Positions 10,868 through 21,239 of a stretch of DNA of 64,000 bases are shown one piece after another. Source of the DNA: an uncultured bacterium (GTDB taxonomy: Bacteria; DRYD01). The notes under the pieces were generated by a model. That model saw only the letters and a program-made list of their open reading frames with translations, was not told the origin of the DNA and ran no database searches. Both the position numbers and the translations under genes were made by a program. Where the stretch lies: NCBI GenBank assembly GCA_937139605.1, contig CAKZQG010000011.1, forward strand, positions 1 through 64,000, given 5' to 3'. The number at the start of each line of letters is the position of its first letter. Position 1 is the stretch's first letter.

Positions 10868-12098
10868 CTACTTTAAAGAACTTTGAATATAATTTTTATA
10901 TTTTTCTTCTAATTTAGTATCATTAATTAAATCTAAGATATAATCAGCAAATTCTTTAGTGGTAGCTCCATTAGGTCTGCCTGTAATAACTAATTTTCTT
11001 TCATACTGGCCAGCGATTTCCAAAGCCATATTAATTTTTTCAGCTTTTTCTTTATATCCAATATGTTCTAATAGCATAGCAGAAGCTTTAATAACGCTAG
11101 AAGGATCAGCATAGATATGGCGGCCTTCCTCAACCATTCTAGGAGCACTTCCATGAATAGCTTCAAACATAGCATATTTAGTACCAATGTTAGCACTTCC
11201 AGCAGTTCCTACTCCTCCTTGAATCTCAGCAGCTTCGTCTGTAAGAATATCCCCAAACAGATTTGGCATAACAAATACCTGAAACTCATTTCTCCTTTTC
11301 TCATCTATTAACTTAGCAGTCATAATATCAATAAACCAATCATCAGCAATAATCCCAGGATAATCTTTAGCTACTTGATAAAAAACTTTTAAAAATATTC
11401 CATCTGTAGTCTTAATAACATTAGCTTTATTAACAGCAGTAACTCTATTAAATCCATTTTTTTTAGCATACTCAAAAGCTAACTTAACTATCCTGTAAGT
11501 CCCAAAATAACTAATTAATCTAAAATCTATCCCAAATTCTTCTTTTATTTCAACTCCATAAGGTCCAAGTGCATAAAGATCTTCAGTATTTTCCCTAAAA
11601 AAAGTCCAATTAATATTTAATTTAGGGACTTTAACAGGTCTAACATTAGCAAATAGATCTAATACTTTTCTAATAGCAACATTAGCGCTCTCTATATTAG
11701 GCATATTATCTCCCGCTTTAGGGGTAGTAGTAGGCCCTTTAAGTAAGACATGGCATTTTAATATTTGCTCTAAAACATCATCAGGAATAGGCTTTAAAAA
11801 TTGAATCCTTCTTTCTATTGTTAATCCATCTATATAATTAAATTTAACTTTACCATTTTTTACTTCTTGATCTAAAAGATATTCTAATATTCTTTGAGCT
11901 TCTTTAGTAATAAAAGGGCCAATACCATCTCCACCAATAACACCTATCACAATTGTATCTAATTTAGAATAATCAATAAAATTAGAATCATTTTTAATTT
12001 TACTTATCCTTTCATATTCTCTTTTTAGTAAATTAGCAAAATGTTCTTTAGCTTCAGCAATAGCAGCATCAATATTTTCTAATTCAATAACCTTCATA
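10868..12098 (-). CDS. icd: NADP-dependent isocitrate dehydrogenase (prokaryotic dimeric type)
   Basis: GGDGIGPFIT, LLKGPTTTP, NLFGDILTDEAAEIQGGVGTAGSANIG match E. coli Icd-type motifs. Start set to MKVIELEN with GGAGA RBS (RC of 12104-12108); the track used an upstream TTG. Confidence 0.8.
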
Positions 12099-12110
12099 AT
12101 ATTCTCCTTG

Positions 12111-12235
12111 CTTAACAAAAGTGTATATTCTTATACACTTTTGGCAGACCTATTTGTATCCCGCCAATTTTTTAGCCTTATGGTCTGCAGGCGGTATTAG
12201 GCTAAAAATACCAAAACTCAATTAACAACTTCCTT
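12111..12235 (-). promoter_or_regulatory. Copy A of a conserved ~125-nt leader cassette, oriented toward icd. Extended homology with copy C runs to about 12330.
   Basis: Reverse complement reads AAGGAAGTT...TACCGCCTGCAGACCATA...GGCGGGATACAAATAGGTCTGCCAAAAGTGTATAAGAATATACACTTTTGTTAAG, ending ~12 nt before the icd RBS. It shares an 18-mer and a ~35-mer exactly with the copies at 53588 and 55483. Confidence 0.6.
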
Positions 12236-12412
12236 AGGAGTTTTTTTAAATACTATCTCTTTACACGTTCCTTTGCCACTTACCTTGATGTTAAGTATCA
12301 TTTTGCTAGTAAGATTGTGTATCTTTTAGCTATAGTTAATAATGTTTTTCTATTAATATACATTTTTTGATAGTTTTTTACAACTGTTTCAATTTTCCTT
12401 TAGTATTTATTT

Positions 12413-13513
12413 TTATTTCTTTTTAGAAGAAGCAGAAACTAATCTTTCAAATTCTTCAGGATTAAAGGCAGCAGCCATAGCGTATTCATATGAAATTAAA
12501 TTCTGTAAGTATAAATCTCTTAGGGACTGATCAAAAGAAATCATACCATCTTCTGCACCAGACTGAATAGCGTTAGTAAGCATATGAGTTTTTCCTTCTC
12601 TAATAAGGTGCCTTATAGCAGGTGTTCCAGTCATTATTTCTAAAGCTAAAACCCTACCACTACCTGTAGCCTTAGGAATTAAATTTTGAAAAACTACACC
12701 TTCTAATATCATTGATAACTGGACCCTTACTTGATGTTGCTGATGAGGAGGAAAAGTATCTATAATTCTATCTACTGCATTAGCACAACCAGTAGTATGT
12801 AAAGTACCTAAAACTAAGTGTCCAGTTTCAGCAGCAGTCAAAGCAGTTTGAACTGTTTCAAAATCCCTTAACTCACCTACTAGTATAACATCTGGGTCTT
12901 GTCTTAACGCAGATTTTAAAGCGTTAGCAAAACTATAAGTATCAGCTCCTATTTCTCTTTGAGAAATTATAGCCAATTTATCTTTATGTAAAAACTCTAT
13001 TGGATCCTCAATAGTAATTATATGACATTTTCTGTTAGAATTAATACAATCGACCATAGCAGCTAAAGTAGTAGATTTTCCAGATCCAGTAGGTCCAGTT
13101 ACAAGAACCAACCCCCTAGGCCTTAGTGCTAAATACTTAAAAATCTCAGGCAATCCTAATTCGTCTATAGTAAATGGTCTAGAAGGAATTATCCTAACGG
13201 CTAAAGCCCACGAGTTTCTTTGGAAATAAGCATTACATCTAAACCTCGCTAACCCAGGCACACTATAAGCAAAATCCAATTCCCTTTCTGCTACTAACTT
13301 AGCTTTTTGTTGCTCTGTAAGCATTCCTTCTATCATCTTTCTTATTCCATTAGGTGGAATAACTTGTGGAATAGCAGGTTGAAGTTCTCCATCAATTCTT
13401 AACATAGGTGGAGATCCTGCTTTAATATGTAAATCACTTGCATTTTTCTCAACCATCATCTTTAATAAAACATCTATTGGATTTTCTGAAGTTACACTCA
13501 TTAAAATTAACAC
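12413..13513 (-). CDS. pilT: Type IV pilus retraction ATPase PilT/PilU family
   Basis: 366 aa. Walker A GPTGSGKST, and GTPAIRHLIREGK, which is the PilT-family signature box. Confidence 0.85.
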   Translation of the reverse strand: MLILMSVTSENPIDVLLKMMVEKNASDLHIKAGSPPMLRIDGELQPAIPQVIPPNGIRKMIEGMLTEQQKAKLVAERELDFAYSVPGLARFRCNAYFQRNSWALAVRIIPSRPFTIDELGLPEIFKYLALRPRGLVLVTGPTGSGKSTTLAAMVDCINSNRKCHIITIEDPIEFLHKDKLAIISQREIGADTYSFANALKSALRQDPDVILVGELRDFETVQTALTAAETGHLVLGTLHTTGCANAVDRIIDTFPPHQQHQVRVQLSMILEGVVFQNLIPKATGSGRVLALEIMTGTPAIRHLIREGKTHMLTNAIQSGAEDGMISFDQSLRDLYLQNLISYEYAMAAAFNPEEFERLVSASSKKK

Positions 13514-13564
13514 CCCCTATTAAAAATTTATAAAATAAAAATTTATAAAATTAAAAATAAAAAT

Positions 13565-15628
13565 TTATAAAATTTCAGCAGTTAATAATGTTGAACTATT
13601 ACATAATAACAACATAAATCTTTCATTTATTTTTAAAATTGAATTAATATTTTCATAAATACCACTATTAAAATCTAAAATATCAATTAAATTATAACTA
13701 TAAAATAAAGAGCCGCTACTACCAACTATAAAATAAAAACTACCTATATAAATTATATCATTTGCTTCAATAAAACTTTTAGGCAAAGAAACTTTTTTAA
13801 AATCGTTATTTTCTATGTAACCGATAAATCCATTACTTAATGTAAATAATTTATTATTAACTATTCTAAAATTTTTAATAGCATAAAAAGAATTAGTAGA
13901 TATCTTTTTATCTATATCTAAATTAGGATTTAGATAAATAATTTCACCACTGCTATTGCTAAAAATCAGATTATTATTATAATTAATACCATTAACTATA
14001 CTAATACTTTTTTCTTGCAAAACTTTTAAATTACTATCGACTACATATACCTTACCATTAGTAACAATTAAATAATTATTATCAATAAATTTAATAATAT
14101 TATTAATATCACTATAACCGATTTTAAATAAAATAGAATTTTTATCGTTTAATTGTAAGGAATTAATTAAATTAGATAAATCAGAAATAACAACAATTTG
14201 CCCACTATTACCAAAAATAAATAATTTATTATCAATAAAGCTAACACCCCTGAATCTTAATGAAAAATAACTTATCTTGATTTCCTTTAGATTTAGATTA
14301 TCTTTATTAAAATCGTTTAAATCAAATAAAAATAACTTATTTTCACCTATAATAATTATTTTAGAATTATAAATAAAATAACTAAGAAAATTCGTATAAA
14401 AATTTAATTTGATTTTATCTATTTTTAAATTTAATTTTCGATTATCGATAGGTGTTTTAGTTTCTTTAACTTGGGATGTTTGTGAGTCTTGAGATGCCTC
14501 AGATGCTTGAGATACTTGTGGTACTTGAGATGTTTGTTGTATCTGAGATGTTTGTGGTGTCTGAGATGCTTGTATTGTTTGTGGAATCTGAGGTAATTGT
14601 GATACTTCAGATACTTCAGATACTTCAGATACTTTAAATGTTTGTTGCTGATTAGATGAAATTAAAGAATCTATTTTTTGTTCTTTTAAGCTCAATTCAT
14701 TTTGTATATTAGTTGTTTTTTCTTCTTCTTTTTGTAGCTCTTCTATTCTTACATTTATAGAGTTTTCTCTAGTTAATATAAATTTATCTATAGAAGATAC
14801 TAAAGTTATTATATCTTCTACTTCCTTTATATCTTTTATATTCAGATTATAATGATTTATTTTTTCTTTTAATACATCAATTTTATTTTTAATTTCTATT
14901 AGTTTAATTTTTTCTTGTTTAAATGGATCTTTATAAACAGAAATTAAGTACTTAATATTTTTATTTTTTAATTCTTGTTCAAAGTTTTTAACTTTTGATA
15001 TAACAATAGTTATTAATTCGTCTATATCTTTTTTTAATGAGTTAACTTCAGAAATAATTTCGTTTATATTCTTATTTAGTTCAGAAGTAGAAGAAGCTAT
15101 AGCAGCAGTAGATAAAGCAGCAGTAGAAGCAGTAGAAGACAAAGCAGAAGAATAAACATTATTATTTAACTCTTGTATATAATCCACTTTAAAAGTTTTA
15201 GGATTAAGAGAATATAATTTAATGAGTTCAAGTTCGCCTGAATCTAAGAATATTCCACAAGAGCAAACATCAACCCAGATATTACTATCCATTGAATAAT
15301 TAACCAGTTTCATAGGAGCGGAACATACTGGGCATAATCTTTTGCCACTTCCTTTAATGCTTTTACCTAAAGTAGATGGGAAAAACTTTTCTATATCTTT
15401 TAAAGAGATTTCCAAAGCTTTGGTTAATTCTCCTTTATCAAACCATAAGCCAGAACAATTAGGACATTGCTCTATTTTTAATATACTCCCATCAGGAAAT
15501 TTTATATTTAATACTTTAAACTCAACATTACATAATGGACATCTCCTAACTATATTTTCTCTTCCCTTTGATGGATTATCAATACTATTAATATCATTAA
15601 TAATATCTTTTATTAGATCTTTAAACAT
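13565..15628 (-). CDS. Protein with two N-terminal TFIIB-type zinc ribbons, coiled-coil, Ser/Gln/Pro-rich repetitive linker and C-terminal repeat (propeller-like) domain
   Basis: CPLCNVEF...CPNCSGLWFDKGEL and CPVCSAPM...CSCGIFLDSGELE match the C-x2-C...C-x2-C-G-x-W-x-D-x-x-EL zinc-ribbon pattern. A heptad-rich segment follows, then SEVSEVSEVSQLPQIPQTIQASQTPQTSQ..., then repeated NKLFIFGNSG / NGKVYVV beta-strand-like units. No TM segment seen. Confidence 0.5.
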   Translation of the reverse strand: MFKDLIKDIINDINSIDNPSKGRENIVRRCPLCNVEFKVLNIKFPDGSILKIEQCPNCSGLWFDKGELTKALEISLKDIEKFFPSTLGKSIKGSGKRLCPVCSAPMKLVNYSMDSNIWVDVCSCGIFLDSGELELIKLYSLNPKTFKVDYIQELNNNVYSSALSSTASTAALSTAAIASSTSELNKNINEIISEVNSLKKDIDELITIVISKVKNFEQELKNKNIKYLISVYKDPFKQEKIKLIEIKNKIDVLKEKINHYNLNIKDIKEVEDIITLVSSIDKFILTRENSINVRIEELQKEEEKTTNIQNELSLKEQKIDSLISSNQQQTFKVSEVSEVSEVSQLPQIPQTIQASQTPQTSQIQQTSQVPQVSQASEASQDSQTSQVKETKTPIDNRKLNLKIDKIKLNFYTNFLSYFIYNSKIIIIGENKLFLFDLNDFNKDNLNLKEIKISYFSLRFRGVSFIDNKLFIFGNSGQIVVISDLSNLINSLQLNDKNSILFKIGYSDINNIIKFIDNNYLIVTNGKVYVVDSNLKVLQEKSISIVNGINYNNNLIFSNSSGEIIYLNPNLDIDKKISTNSFYAIKNFRIVNNKLFTLSNGFIGYIENNDFKKVSLPKSFIEANDIIYIGSFYFIVGSSGSLFYSYNLIDILDFNSGIYENINSILKINERFMLLLCNSSTLLTAEIL
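14602..14632. repeat. Perfect tandem 9-bp repeat (ATACTTCAG x3.4) inside a longer degenerate repeat tract (14470-14640), encoding SEVSEVSEV...
   Basis: Direct reading: gatacttcagatacttcagatacttcagatac, flanked by ttgagatgcttgagatacttgtggtacttgagatg-type imperfect repeats. Confidence 0.8.
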
Positions 15629-15720
15629 TAAATTTTCCCTCCTTACATAATATTAAAAAAATGATTTATAAAAAGTTTTATAAAATTTAAAGAAATCATA
15701 AAATATTATATAAAAAATTA

Positions 15721-16872
15721 TCATTTAGATCCTAAGACGACATTTCTTGATAGTTTTTTATTTAATCTAATAATATCAATTTTAATGTTATCACCTGGTT
15801 TATATTTTTCAAGGATTTTTCTAAAGTAAATTGTATTTTTAACTATTTCTGAGTTAATAGCATAGATAATATCTCCTTTTTTAAGTCCTGCTTTATCAGC
15901 CGGTCCATCTGTTTCTATTTCCTTTATCATAACCCCATCAGAAATATTTATCCCTAAAAATCTAATTATTTCAGGAGTTAAATCAGCAACTTCAACTCCT
16001 AAATTAGATCTAATGACTTTACCGAAAGTCTCTAAATCTTTAATTATTTTTTGAGCTTTATTAGATGGTATAGCAAATCCGATTCCTTGAGCACCAACTG
16101 CAACTGCCGTATTAACTCCTACTACTTTTGCATTTAAATCAACCAGTGGCCCCCCTGAATTTCCGGGGTTTATTGGAGCATCTGTTTGTAATAAATCTTC
16201 TAAATGCAAATTTCCTACATCTACTGTTCTATTTTTAGCAGAAATAACCCCAACTGTAGCACTATAATCAAAGCCATATGGATTACCTACTGCGATAACC
16301 CATTCCCCAATTTTTATATTATCTGAATCATCAAATTCCAAGGCAGGTAATTTTATATTTTTATCAGTTATATCTAATTTAATAAGTGCTAAATCGGTAA
16401 AAGGATCGCTACCTACAACATTTGCTTTATATTTAACATTAGAATCTGGGAAAGTAATATAAATTTCTTTAGCTTTTTCTATAACGTGGTTATTAGTAAC
16501 AAGGTAGTATTTATTAGAATCAATAATGAAAGCTGATCCAATTCCTTGGCCTTTAAACATTTTATTCCAATCAGGGCCGAAAAAGTACTTAAAAAAATCG
16601 TCCCAATCTTTAGACCATGGGGTATCAGAAGTTATAACATCTACCCGAGCTACCGCCGGCTTAACTTCTTCTATAACTTTAACAAAAGTATTTTTATCTG
16701 CTTCTTTTAGAACCACTGTCTGTTTATATAAAACATTTGTACTAGATGTGGTTTTATTAATATTATTTTGATTTTTAACTAAATTGAAAGTAAATAAAGA
16801 ACCTATTATACCCCCAATAATTGAGCCAACTATTACTGAAATTACCACTAATAAAAATAGCCTTTTATCCAT
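15721..16872 (-). CDS. htrA: HtrA/DegP-family serine protease with C-terminal PDZ domain
   Basis: N-terminal TM anchor, trypsin-like core with GNSGGPLV active-site Ser motif and His/Asp context, PDZ-like C-terminus (GLKKGDIIYAINSEIV). Confidence 0.85.
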   Translation of the reverse strand: MDKRLFLLVVISVIVGSIIGGIIGSLFTFNLVKNQNNINKTTSSTNVLYKQTVVLKEADKNTFVKVIEEVKPAVARVDVITSDTPWSKDWDDFFKYFFGPDWNKMFKGQGIGSAFIIDSNKYYLVTNNHVIEKAKEIYITFPDSNVKYKANVVGSDPFTDLALIKLDITDKNIKLPALEFDDSDNIKIGEWVIAVGNPYGFDYSATVGVISAKNRTVDVGNLHLEDLLQTDAPINPGNSGGPLVDLNAKVVGVNTAVAVGAQGIGFAIPSNKAQKIIKDLETFGKVIRSNLGVEVADLTPEIIRFLGINISDGVMIKEIETDGPADKAGLKKGDIIYAINSEIVKNTIYFRKILEKYKPGDNIKIDIIRLNKKLSRNVVLGSK

Positions 16873-16969
16873 GATAATTTAAAAAATAAGCAAACAAAAA
16901 ATAACTTTACTTCTCTATTTATTTTAGTTCTATATTTTTTATTAATTTTCCTTTTTAATCAATCAATTT

Positions 16970-19510
16970 TTATTTATTTAATTCAAATCTAACTATATCA
17001 TAAAGAATAACCCTTTTACTACCAACAACAACGTACCAATCTGTTCTATTAACTCTAGGTATAGCAATACCCAAATCACCATTATCAGAAGCTATCATTT
17101 CTGTTTGAGAAAAACCAATTATTCTATTATTATCATTTGGATCAACAACACCTTCAACTGAAGCAAAATTGGCAAGATATCTTCCATACCATAACAATTT
17201 TTGATCACTTACAATAGAATTTTTAAAATCTTCATATTCAATATTTTTAAATCTTCCGCCATCCATTAACCATCTATAAATATCCCTATCAGGAATAGTT
17301 AAAGATCCTTTATAAGATATAATATTAGCTGATAATAAGTATTTTCTATTATCATTACTTATTCCATAGTTATTAAAATAGTCATCAGCATTTTTATAAT
17401 TTAAAATTACATAATTTTGGGAAATTATATTTAAAGGTTTAAGTGGGATTCTTAAATTAGGATTATTAGGATTAGAAGTGCTTCTTACAAAATTAGATAA
17501 CCTATTATCATTAGGATTATTATACCATTCATATCCTATAAATCCAGTTACCTCATTATTATCTTTCTTAAAATTAAAATCACTATCTCTAAAGTTCTGG
17601 ATAATTACATTTCCTTCTAACGCTCTAACTACTTGTTTTCTATTATCCCAATTAGTATCACTTTCAGAAGGTATAATATATTTTGCTTGGTTACTAGCTG
17701 TACCCAAGGATATTTGGCCATCATTTGGATTAAAACTCGATGGTATGTACCATGCACCTACTTCATTTATTGAATTTTGATCATAAAAATTTCTATTATT
17801 TAAGTTATCTGTATTACCAAACCTAGTAGCAACCACAGTTAAATCAAAAGGTCTAGGATCATTAGGATTATTATTATTTAAGTAATATAATCCGTTATTA
17901 TTAGAACCATTAGGCATAATAACAACATTTCCTCCATTAACATGTATAGCCGCTAATGAAACTCTTTCAGTTTTATCTAATTTATTTAAATCAATTATTA
18001 TTTCATTGTTTTGTGCCTTAGCTTTGTTGTTATCTACTTGATCTTGCCCAACTTTACCTGGTAAGTTTGAAATATTCTTAAGTAATTCTTTATAATTGAC
18101 TTTACTTTTACTATATCCTCCTACTGCAAAAATCCTTAATTTATCACCTTCAGGTACTATATAAACAGTAGCATATTTAGGGGGGTAAGAATTTACAATA
18201 GCCCTAGCGGTATCGTTAATAGGCATAAAATTATTATTATTATCAGTAGGCCATATCATTTCTATTAAACCACCAGTAGCTGGTGCTCTAGTAATTTCTC
18301 CATTACTATTAGAACCAACTAAAATAGCTTTTGTACTATCTATATTTATAGTAACTATATTAGCATTAGAATCAATTTCCTTTATTTTTTCTGTAATTTT
18401 TTGTATATCTAGATTTCCTTGGTTATTAGCTCCTGGTATTTTTCCATTATTATAAGCATTATTATTATTAACATCTTTTGTTTTATAGTTTTTAATAGAA
18501 AAATCATTTGCATTAGCTAAATTATTTTGATTAACAAAAACATTGACATATCCAGTAGCAGAACCTCCTGACACTAACCTATCAGGAGTAGTCCCATCCC
18601 AAACACCTGTTAGTCCTGAAGTATTAATAGCAGGACTATTACTAACGTTTCTAAAAGCACTACCTACATCATTGGGATTTAAATTAGGAGTGGATAAATC
18701 TCCTTTTATTTCATATCCGTTGGTTATACCAACTGATTTATCAATATTATTAACAGAACTAAGAGCAACAAAAGGGTCAGCAGCAAAAGGTACCCACATC
18801 ATCGGATGCTTTACAAATAAAGCCGTATTAGTAGAAATATTATAAGGGGTTCTTTGAACTACAGTAGCTATTGCCCTACCACTATACCTTATTTGATTAT
18901 AATTTAAATTACCAACAATATTATCAAACGTACCATTAGGTACATTATTTAATTGCGCTACAACTGTATTAATAATTATATCATAAGAAGGAACGGATAT
19001 TAGGAAATTATTAACACTTACAACATTATTATTATTGTCTCGAACTATACCAATATTTCTAGAGATATTTATTCTATTTAAAACCCATAATCCATTATTA
19101 CTCTCTCTGTAATATAAATTCATATCTCTACCAGTACTATCATTAAGTTGAATAATTATATTCTGATTATATCTACCAATCCAATATGGATTATGGGGAT
19201 CATTGCTAAGGGTTTTAAATCTATTATTAGGATTACCAGGCTCAAAAGGATCTAAATTAATATTAATATTATCTCTATCGGTATTATAAATATTTCCCAT
19301 AATTAAAGGGCTTATAACAATATCTAATGTAGTTCTAAGATATTGTGAATATAGAGAAGCTTGCCGTTCTTTTGTTTCAGATAATATCTGTTTTCTTGAT
19401 ACTGCATACATTAACGACATAAATACACTAACTATAACCAACGTAAATAAAACTATAATCAAAGCTGCTCCTTTATTTTTATTTTTTCTAAGAAATTTCA
19501 TATAACTCAC
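16970..19510 (-). CDS. Large GspK/PilX-like minor (pseudo)pilin or pilus-associated surface protein
   Basis: 846 aa. The N-terminus KNKGAALIIVLFTLVIVSVFMSL matches the Glu5-less GspK/PilX-type prepilin-like leader (G-A-A-L-I-x-V-L). It is followed by a large Asn-rich extracytoplasmic domain, and it lies directly downstream of two prepilin-type genes. Confidence 0.4.
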   Translation of the reverse strand: MSYMKFLRKNKNKGAALIIVLFTLVIVSVFMSLMYAVSRKQILSETKERQASLYSQYLRTTLDIVISPLIMGNIYNTDRDNININLDPFEPGNPNNRFKTLSNDPHNPYWIGRYNQNIIIQLNDSTGRDMNLYYRESNNGLWVLNRINISRNIGIVRDNNNNVVSVNNFLISVPSYDIIINTVVAQLNNVPNGTFDNIVGNLNYNQIRYSGRAIATVVQRTPYNISTNTALFVKHPMMWVPFAADPFVALSSVNNIDKSVGITNGYEIKGDLSTPNLNPNDVGSAFRNVSNSPAINTSGLTGVWDGTTPDRLVSGGSATGYVNVFVNQNNLANANDFSIKNYKTKDVNNNNAYNNGKIPGANNQGNLDIQKITEKIKEIDSNANIVTINIDSTKAILVGSNSNGEITRAPATGGLIEMIWPTDNNNNFMPINDTARAIVNSYPPKYATVYIVPEGDKLRIFAVGGYSKSKVNYKELLKNISNLPGKVGQDQVDNNKAKAQNNEIIIDLNKLDKTERVSLAAIHVNGGNVVIMPNGSNNNGLYYLNNNNPNDPRPFDLTVVATRFGNTDNLNNRNFYDQNSINEVGAWYIPSSFNPNDGQISLGTASNQAKYIIPSESDTNWDNRKQVVRALEGNVIIQNFRDSDFNFKKDNNEVTGFIGYEWYNNPNDNRLSNFVRSTSNPNNPNLRIPLKPLNIISQNYVILNYKNADDYFNNYGISNDNRKYLLSANIISYKGSLTIPDRDIYRWLMDGGRFKNIEYEDFKNSIVSDQKLLWYGRYLANFASVEGVVDPNDNNRIIGFSQTEMIASDNGDLGIAIPRVNRTDWYVVVGSKRVILYDIVRFELNK

Positions 19511-19517
19511 CCCCTAA

Positions 19518-20477
19518 TTATATTACTCTCTTATATTTCAGTGTAACTAAAAAAGTCTTTTTCAACTCTAAAATCCTCCTATTTCTTCTCGGATTATTTA
19601 TCCATATACTCACGTTAATTATTAAATTAATTGGATCAGTAAGTATAGCTCCATTAGGTAGATTATCCCAATATGTACCATGTAAAGAAGTTAGAATTTC
19701 AGTTGCTCCTCTGATAGGAATTCTTTGAATAATAATTTCAAATTGATATCTACCACTTCTATCATAAAAAGGTACCTCCCTAGATAAATCTAGTAAATCT
19801 TTTGATCTTAAAATATCTACAGCTAGGAAATTTTTTAAATTTAATAAATTATTGTACCTTTGTTCTTGAGAAATATAGGATTGTCCCCTTAAAGCAATAT
19901 TCAATTGATTATCTTTAAATACATAATACCATCTAATTCTCCTGCTATTTGGTTCTGCTTGATTAACTAAAGCTACTGGTAAAATTTCTCTCTGTGGATT
20001 TAGTGATCGATGAATAATTCTCCTCAAAATATTATTTTGCTCAATAGATAAAGCAGCTACCCTATTTATAGTTGTATTACCTTCAGTATCTGGGTAAATA
20101 TAAATTAAAGGATTTTGATTCAAATTAACTTCCCTTTGAAAAATATTAGGCTGAATAACACAAGTAGGGAAATAATGAGGATTAATAAAAGCTTTATTAT
20201 TATTATTATCTATATCAATACTTGATTCTATTGATTCCCAGGTATCTAAAGGAACTTCTAGATTAGAAGCATTCAATTCATCTTTAATTGTTTTTTCAAT
20301 TAAAGATAAATATTCATTCATTCTTGCTTTTTCAATGGATGCTTTATTTTGCTGAATAACAGAACTAAAAACTTGAATAAATATTAATATTATTACCAAA
20401 AATATAACAGCTGCAATTATAATTTCAACTAATGTAAAACCTTTTTTATTTTTTATTTTATTTTTAAATGAAATCAT
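19518..20477 (-). CDS. Prepilin-type N-terminal cleavage/methylation domain protein (minor pilin/pseudopilin, PilW/GspJ-like size)
   Basis: KKGFTLVEIIIAAVIFLVIIL: canonical G|FTLVE class III signal peptide with Glu5. Confidence 0.7.
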   Translation of the reverse strand: MISFKNKIKNKKGFTLVEIIIAAVIFLVIILIFIQVFSSVIQQNKASIEKARMNEYLSLIEKTIKDELNASNLEVPLDTWESIESSIDIDNNNNKAFINPHYFPTCVIQPNIFQREVNLNQNPLIYIYPDTEGNTTINRVAALSIEQNNILRRIIHRSLNPQREILPVALVNQAEPNSRRIRWYYVFKDNQLNIALRGQSYISQEQRYNNLLNLKNFLAVDILRSKDLLDLSREVPFYDRSGRYQFEIIIQRIPIRGATEILTSLHGTYWDNLPNGAILTDPINLIINVSIWINNPRRNRRILELKKTFLVTLKYKRVI

Positions 20478-20506
20478 ACTTATATTCCTTATTATTTTAT
20501 AATTTA

Positions 20507-21091
20507 CTAAAATGCTACTATTCTTGAAATTCTTATTTCTCGAAATCTCTGTAAATCCCTCGGATTATTTTGGTATAAAATTACAACATGTACCTGATAA
20601 ATACCGTTGCTTATTCTAGAAACTCCTATATAAGAATTTAATAATTGATTAGTTCCAAATCTAATTACTCTACCTTTATGTGTAAAATTATTATTTAAAG
20701 GGTCATTTATAGTATTAGCTAATCCAATCCTTAAGATATTTGCTCCTCTACTCAAAATATCATTAGCATTATAAATAATAAATCTACTATTAATAACATT
20801 AATCTGATTTCCAGCTACAAAATCAGAAATTGAATATATATTATTATTAGGATCTTCTCTTGAAATAGTTGGATCGGCAAATTTATCAGTAGGAGGAAAA
20901 GAACAAACATAATCTAATATCCCTTCTCCAATTTTAGAAATTTCACTTCTTATTTGGGCATTAAGTAGGAGTTTTTGACTCCCTAAAGCAGATAATCCTA
21001 AAATAGCTAAAATCAAAGCTAATAAATTAACCGCTATTACCACTTCTATCAAACTAAAACCTATAAAAACCTTTTTTATAACTTTCTTCAT
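20507..21091 (-). CDS. Prepilin-type N-terminal cleavage/methylation domain protein (minor pilin/pseudopilin, PilV/GspH-like size)
   Basis: FIGFSLIEVVIAVNLLALILAIL: G|FSLIEV prepilin motif. First gene of a tightly spaced minus-strand operon. Confidence 0.7.
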   Translation of the reverse strand: MKKVIKKVFIGFSLIEVVIAVNLLALILAILGLSALGSQKLLLNAQIRSEISKIGEGILDYVCSFPPTDKFADPTISREDPNNNIYSISDFVAGNQINVINSRFIIYNANDILSRGANILRIGLANTINDPLNNNFTHKGRVIRFGTNQLLNSYIGVSRISNGIYQVHVVILYQNNPRDLQRFREIRISRIVAF

Positions 21092-21239
21092 ATAACCAAA
21101 AACCCCTCCTATTATATTAATTATAAAAAACTTTTTTAAAATCCCTATAATCTTTTACATTTTTTAACATTTTTTTTACAAAATTTTATTAGGGATAAAA
21201 TCCTAAAAATAAGAATAAATAAAAAGGGGTGATAAAATT

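Noticed and set aside
12111-12156. Interpreting the palindromic hairpin of copy A simply as the pilT terminator
   Set aside because: It lies ~260 nt past the pilT stop and is part of a larger unit conserved at two other loci, where no upstream gene needs terminating in that way. A terminator role is still possible but is not the whole explanation.
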